A stretch of 64,000 nucleotides of DNA, from assembly GCA_964016885.1 (NCBI GenBank), contig OZ024740.1:43090001-43154000 (forward strand). Reading direction: 5' to 3'. Made by a program: the position numbers and the translations under genes. Shown one piece after another: positions 57,502 through 64,000 of the stretch. The notes below the pieces were generated by a model, which was not told the origin of the DNA, did not search any database, and worked only from the letters and a program-made list of their open reading frames with translations. Origin of the DNA: Eledone cirrhosa (Eukaryota). How positions within the stretch are numbered: the first letter of the stretch is position 1; the number at the start of each line of letters is the position of its first letter.

Positions 57502-60500
57502 GTAGGAGGTGAGTTTTATTGTAGCACAATAAAGCAATGGTCTTTAATTTTTCTTCTACAACATGGATTATTACAACATAACAACTTCAACTAAAGACAT
57601 TCCTATACCTGGTAAATCTGAATTCACTAAACTTCTGATTGAAAAAACTGACTCCTTTGTGAGAAGGCTTAGATGGATAGCTTTTTTCCATGACCAGCGC
57701 CAAATAGGAAATTTCTATACTAAGGAACATAACTTTCTTGATCATTTATGTAACTCTAGAAGAAATCCTCCTTCCAACAAAAATCTAGTGCAGTTCGAGG
57801 AAGAATTAACTAATATTATAAGAAGTCTTAAATTCAAGAGAAACCCTCACAGAGGACAAGAACACCTTTTAAATCTCAGGAATACGATTTTAAACCTTAA
57901 TTCCTCTAAAAATGTCTTAGTCCACTCCGACAAAACTAATAATTTATATGGCGTATCTAGGGATAACTATAATAACCTTATCCTTAAGGAACTAAGGAAA
58001 AATTATCGTAAAACTAACCATGACAATTTGTAATCTATAAACTTTGAAGCTTCTGAGATTATGTCTAAACTTGGCATTGAAAAAAAGACCGAACAATTCC
58101 TCCCAAGAACTCCGTGGATAAATCTCATGGATCATAAAAGTAATTTTCGAACGGAACTGCCTGTTAGACAAATCGCCCCCTCTAAATCAGATTTGGGGGT
58201 TGTTAGTAAAGCCATCTTGGATAGAATTATCCCACGGGTTCGTTCTAATTGCTCTATTTCTAACTTAAATTTATGGTTTGGTACATCTGAAGTAATTGGT
58301 TGGTTCAACAACCTGAATAAGAAAAACAAACAAAAATGTATTCAATTTGATATTGCCAGCTACTATTCTTCTATTTCGCCTTCACTTCTCAACAACGCTC
58401 TATCTTTCGCATTTAAATATTGTGACATCACCACAGTTGAACTTCACATCATTCTCACCGCAAGTAAAACTCTATTAGAATTCAACAATGAATACTGGAC
58501 TAGAGCCGATACTTCCAACAACTTTGATATCACAATGGGTGCTTCCGATTCATCGCAATTGACTAATTTGATTGTTATTTTTATTTTGAATTCTTTAAAT
58601 CATAAAATTCCTCAACTTCGCGGTGGAATTTATCCTGACGATGGACTTTTTACTATCTTAAACTGCAACTTACTTAACCTTAATATTATTAAGAACAATA
58701 TACGTGATCTCTTTAAGCAACATAATCTTAAAATTGAATTTGATAACAACGTCAAACTAGCTAACTTCTTGGATATATCCCTTAATCTTGACACTGGCCT
58801 ATATTACCCTTACCATAAAAACAATGAGAATCTAAATTATGTTAATTTTAAATCTAACCACCCCACTAACACTAAAAATGCTATAGTCAGTAATATTGAA
58901 AAAGAATCTCAAACCTATCCTCTAATAAAGATATCTTCGATGCTAACACCAATTATTATAATAATGCGCTTTCTAAAGCCGGTTATCCTTATAAAATTAA
59001 ATACAGAAAAGAAACTAATACTAGAAGTTCTTACCGTAAAATAATTAATTTTGAACATTCCAATAACTTAAATAAAAGACCTAGATACAAAAATATAATC
59101 TGGTATAATGCTCCTTTCTGTTAATAATAATATTCCTAATCTGTTAATAATAATATTCCTAAACTATTCTTTAGGGCCTTAGATAAATGCTTCCCTCCCT
59201 CACATATCTATAGTAAAATCTTTAACAAACATACAATAACATTTTCCTATTCCACCACCCCCAACATCTCTAACATTATCTCTAAACACAACAATAAAAT
59301 ATTAAATAATAATTCACATCCTTCCAACTCTAAGCGTCATAATATTAGCAGTAGTACTCCCGACGTCATTGTTAACTCTAGGCTAGATTCTGTAAACTTA
59401 AATACGACGTCAAATGTAACTTCGTTGAATGTTCATAATACCAATCTAAATCAGCAAACTATTATTCCTATCGTAAATAACTTCTTCAATCCAATTCCTT
59501 CTATAAATAACACTAGGTCACTTGTTAATAACTCTGTTAATTTCTCTAATCACAATTGTAATTGCCCTATTAAAACTAAATGTCCTCTTAATAACCATTG
59601 TCTTGATAAAAACTTAGTCTATGAATGTAAGGTTATAACTGATACCAATTCCTTTACCTATTTCGGTTCCACTTCCACTTCCTTCAAAGCTAGATTTTAT
59701 AATCACATACATCTTATAAATCCCAACTGAAAAGAACTAACACGGTACTCTCGGAACTCATATGGTCCTTGAGAGACAAAAATATTAACTATAACATCTC
59801 TTGGAGGAAGGTTTGTTCTGCCTTTCCTTACCTGAACATGTAATCTCTGCCTAGCCGACAAATTTATCATTATATCTAATTTCAATTCTATAATAAATAG
59901 ACGCACGGATTTATTTTCTCTCTGCTTGCATAAATTCTACAGAACATTCCATAAAGTATACAGCTAATATCTAATACCTTACTAGTTTAAAATCCTTTTT
60001 CTCAAAGGCTTATATATCTTTTACAATTATACCCATCTTTCTACCTTATTTCAATAATATATATTATATAATACAATTTACTCATTCTATATCATTCCTC
60101 TTTATCATTTTCCTTTCTTCCTTTTTTCTCTCATTAATTTCTAACCTCTAATCTGTACTTTTTCTTCCCAACTACTTCCCAATTCTTATTATTACTCACC
60201 ACAACATTATCCATTCTTCCATCTTTCCTCATATCATTGGCCATAAACATTATTTATTTAATACATTATAATATTATCATTAGAAGTCCTTCGTAAACAT
60301 AGACATTTTTTGACGTTAGATTTTTTTCTTCCTTAAATTTTTCATATCTCTTCCATCCTTTCATGCTCGTTTTAAACTACTACTTAATTTGACTTTTACA
60401 TATTACAATACATAAAAACAAACTTAAACCCTAACTAATTTCTTTTAATATATTATATTATTACCATTAGAAAATATTTCGTAAACATATATACGTTTTG

Positions 60501-61215
60501 ATGTTAGATATTTTCGTCTTAAACATTCTTTTCTTCTTTGCCTTCCGCGCTCATTTTAGACAAACTATTTACGTACACATATTACATTACATAAAAACAA
60601 AGTTAAACCCTAACTAATTCCTCTAAATTCATAACTCATTCATTCCTCTCGTTCTTTTCACATTATATCCTTAATAACATTAATATTTTTATATTAATAA
60701 ATTCTTTTCCTCGCACATATTATTAAACCCTTCAATATACAAACCTTAATTTAATACTATTCTTAATTCCTTTTTCTTCATGCATAAACCTCATTAACTT
60801 TTAATTTCAAAGTCTTTTAAATTATCTATTATCTTCCAACGGCTTTTTAATTTCTCTCTGTGATACAATATTTTTTTTTCTCAGTTGTAAAGGCTATCTC
60901 TCTCTCTCTATCACCCATCTCTCCTCGTCTCTCATCCTTCCTTCTTATATTCCTCCCCCACCATCCTTTACTCTCATTTCTTCCTCTTCCTTACCTTTTC
61001 CAACACCCCCTCACTTTTTTGCAATCTCATACATCAATCATAATTTATTTTTCATATGCTGATTTAGAACTTCACTATTCACAAGTGTTTTTTAAGCTTC
61101 ATATCATGTCTCCCTATTTTATGTGATGAGAACGCAGATATCATCCCATGATGATATTTGTTTTTGAAATGCGCATAATAAGATACTTGGAACACTTTTA
61201 ACCATATTTTAATCT

Positions 61216-61220
<5 letters not shown>
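57500..61220 (+). mobile_element. Third, more diverged Naiad-type PLE with long 3' UTR
   Basis: Broken ORF plus a terminal HHR-like motif at 61115-61185 (TATTTTAT-GTGATGA..11-bp stem..GAAA-TGCGCA-TA-ATAAGATA; C3 mutated to G). Confidence 0.85.
57563..59967 (+). pseudogene. PLE RT-GIY-YIG polyprotein, disrupted
   Basis: STKDIPIP, SDKTNNLYGV, DIASYYSSI, MGASDS, YPDD, CNCP..CPLNNHCL, YFGSTSTSFKARFYNH; stop at 58031 and frameshifts. Confidence 0.9.
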
Positions 61221-61275
<55 letters not shown>

Positions 61276-61414
61276 CATACACACACACATATATATATAT
61301 GTACATACATACACACACGTATACATATATACACACATACACATATATATATATACATATATGTATATATATATATATATATACATATTTATACACATAT
61401 ACACACACACACAT

Positions 61415-61548
<134 letters not shown>

Positions 61549-61574
61549 ATGTGTGTGTGTGTATATGTGTATAA

Positions 61575-61610
<36 letters not shown>

Positions 61611-61636
61611 TTATACACATATACACACACACACAT

Positions 61637-61735
<99 letters not shown>

Positions 61736-61944
61736 TACATATATATATATACATATATATATATACATATACACATATATATACATATATATATACATAT
61801 ATATATATACATACATACATATATATATATATACACATACACATACATATACATATACACACATAGAGGGACGATCGACTTTCGTCAAATCAGACCGTTG
61901 GTCTTTCAAATTGTTAATTCTATCTATCGGTCACAACTCCAGGT

Positions 61945-62204
<260 letters not shown>

Positions 62205-62279
62205 ACACACACCCACCCACACACACACACACGCACACACACACACACACATATATATATATACATATATACATATATA

Positions 62280-62335
<56 letters not shown>

Positions 62336-62491
62336 TATATAAGGATTAGAATACTGGAGCGTGTTTGAGTCAAACACCCTCTTCGTATTATAGAAATGAC
62401 AGTAAAAGGTATAGCTCACTGCAGTTAAACAGTGCCAAAAAATTAAGAGAGTAAAACAAAGAATCCTTTAATACATCAAAAGTTTTTATTA

Positions 62492-62529
62492 GCCAACAAT
62501 GTTTCGTCCTATTAAGGACTCATCAGGGC
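62492..62529 (-). ncRNA. Canonical minimal hammerhead ribozyme
   Basis: GCC-CTGATGA-GTCC ttaata GGAC-GAAA-C att G-TT-GGC. Confidence 0.8.
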
Positions 62530-62868
62530 AATCAAAACAACAAGAGGTAATATCGGCAGATACAAGCCAGAAACTCTGAAGAATATGGAGTGTACATACA
62601 CTAATGTCTTGCAAAGATATACGATAATAAAAATGAAAATAAAGATAAAAATAATAAAATTCTAATAACTAAGGATGTAGATAACATTAAGAACCATATT
62701 ACAAATATAGTCCAAAGCCACCAACCTAAATCTAAACAAATTTGGTTATATAGAGCAGGAATTATATATAACACAATATAATACATTATAATAATAATAT
62801 ATTTATACCAACATTAAAATTCCAAATTAAAAATCAAAAGGTACAATATATACATGTATATATGTGCG

Positions 62869-63006
<138 letters not shown>

Positions 63007-63068
63007 ACAATACACATATCTATGTTCTATTACACAGAAATTAAGCCCTATTAGAAGTTTGAATATTA

Positions 63069-63521
63069 AAAATAAGCATGGTAATAGTGAAAATAATACT
63101 AATACATCTACCCAATATACATCTACCCAATATATATGATATAATTACAAGAAACACTTATAACAAATAATAAACAACAACATTATATAATTCAATACAA
63201 TATAATTTAGTAGAATAGATAATCCCCGGTAAATTTACAGAAACAATATAGATGTCACAATGAAATACAATGATAAGATGTTAACATTATATTAACAAGT
63301 ACCATAAACAATATATACAAAATGATTCATATTGGGTTACATAATAAATGAGGAAATATAAATCATATAATACTCCAAAAAACTATAATGGTACAGGGAA
63401 AAATTATGATGTTACAGAAAAAAATATGATGTTACAGAAAAAAATATACAGACATCTAACATGATATGTAAAGTCCAAATATCATAATGTTACATATTAC
63501 AATATTAAAATATTAAATATT

Positions 63522-63558
<37 letters not shown>

Positions 63559-64000
63559 ATTTTAATATTGTAATATGTAACATTATGTTATTTGGACTTT
63601 ACATGTCATGTTAGATGTCTGTATATTTTTTCTGTAACATCATATTTTTTTCTGTAACATCATAATTTTTCCCTGTACCATTATAGTTTTTTTGAGTATT
63701 ATATGATTTATATTTCCTCATTTATTATGTAACCCAGTATGAATCATTTTGTATATATTGTTTATGGTACTTGTTAACATAATGTTAACATTTTATCATT
63801 GTATTTCATTGTGACATCTATATTGTTTCTGTAAATTAACCGGGGATTATCTATTCTACTAAATTATATTGTATTGAATTATATAATTTTGTTGTTTATT
63901 ATTTGTTATAAGTGTTTCTTGTAATTATATCATATATATTGGGTAGATGTATATTGGGTAGATGTATTAGTATTATTTTCACTATTACCATGCTTATTTT
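63069..64000. repeat. Long near-perfect palindrome centred on a ~30-nt T run (63525-63554), running off the window
   Basis: 63069-63518 is the reverse complement of 63552-64000 with few mismatches. Confidence 0.9.

Overview
Very AT-rich, microsatellite-dense animal DNA. The SINE families and repeat style suggest an octopod cephalopod (inference). There is no convincing intact host protein gene, and most short ORFs in the track are (TA)n/(CA)n artefacts. The window is dominated by Penelope-like retroelements (PLEs): one full-length intact 740-aa RT+GIY-YIG Naiad-type element (22107-24329) with pseudo-LTRs, two frameshifted relatives and many 5'-truncated copies. It also holds RTE, Tx1 and CRE LINE fragments, tRNA-SINEs, a non-autonomous Helitron, a MITE and a small U2 snRNA gene/pseudogene cluster. 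Reading by eye finds more than 25 type I hammerhead ribozyme (HHR) motifs, including repeated non-canonical cores (U3-A8 covariant, A4, mismatched 10.1/11.1, long stem II). The main candidate system is two diverged families of ~400-550 bp non-coding tandem retrozyme-like units sharing an octamer (ATGCAAAT) - TATA-like - HHR layout. They sit beside fold-back pLTR palindromes inserted in (TA)n and an intact PLE that could mobilise them. All folds and alignments were done by eye, and clade names are tentative.
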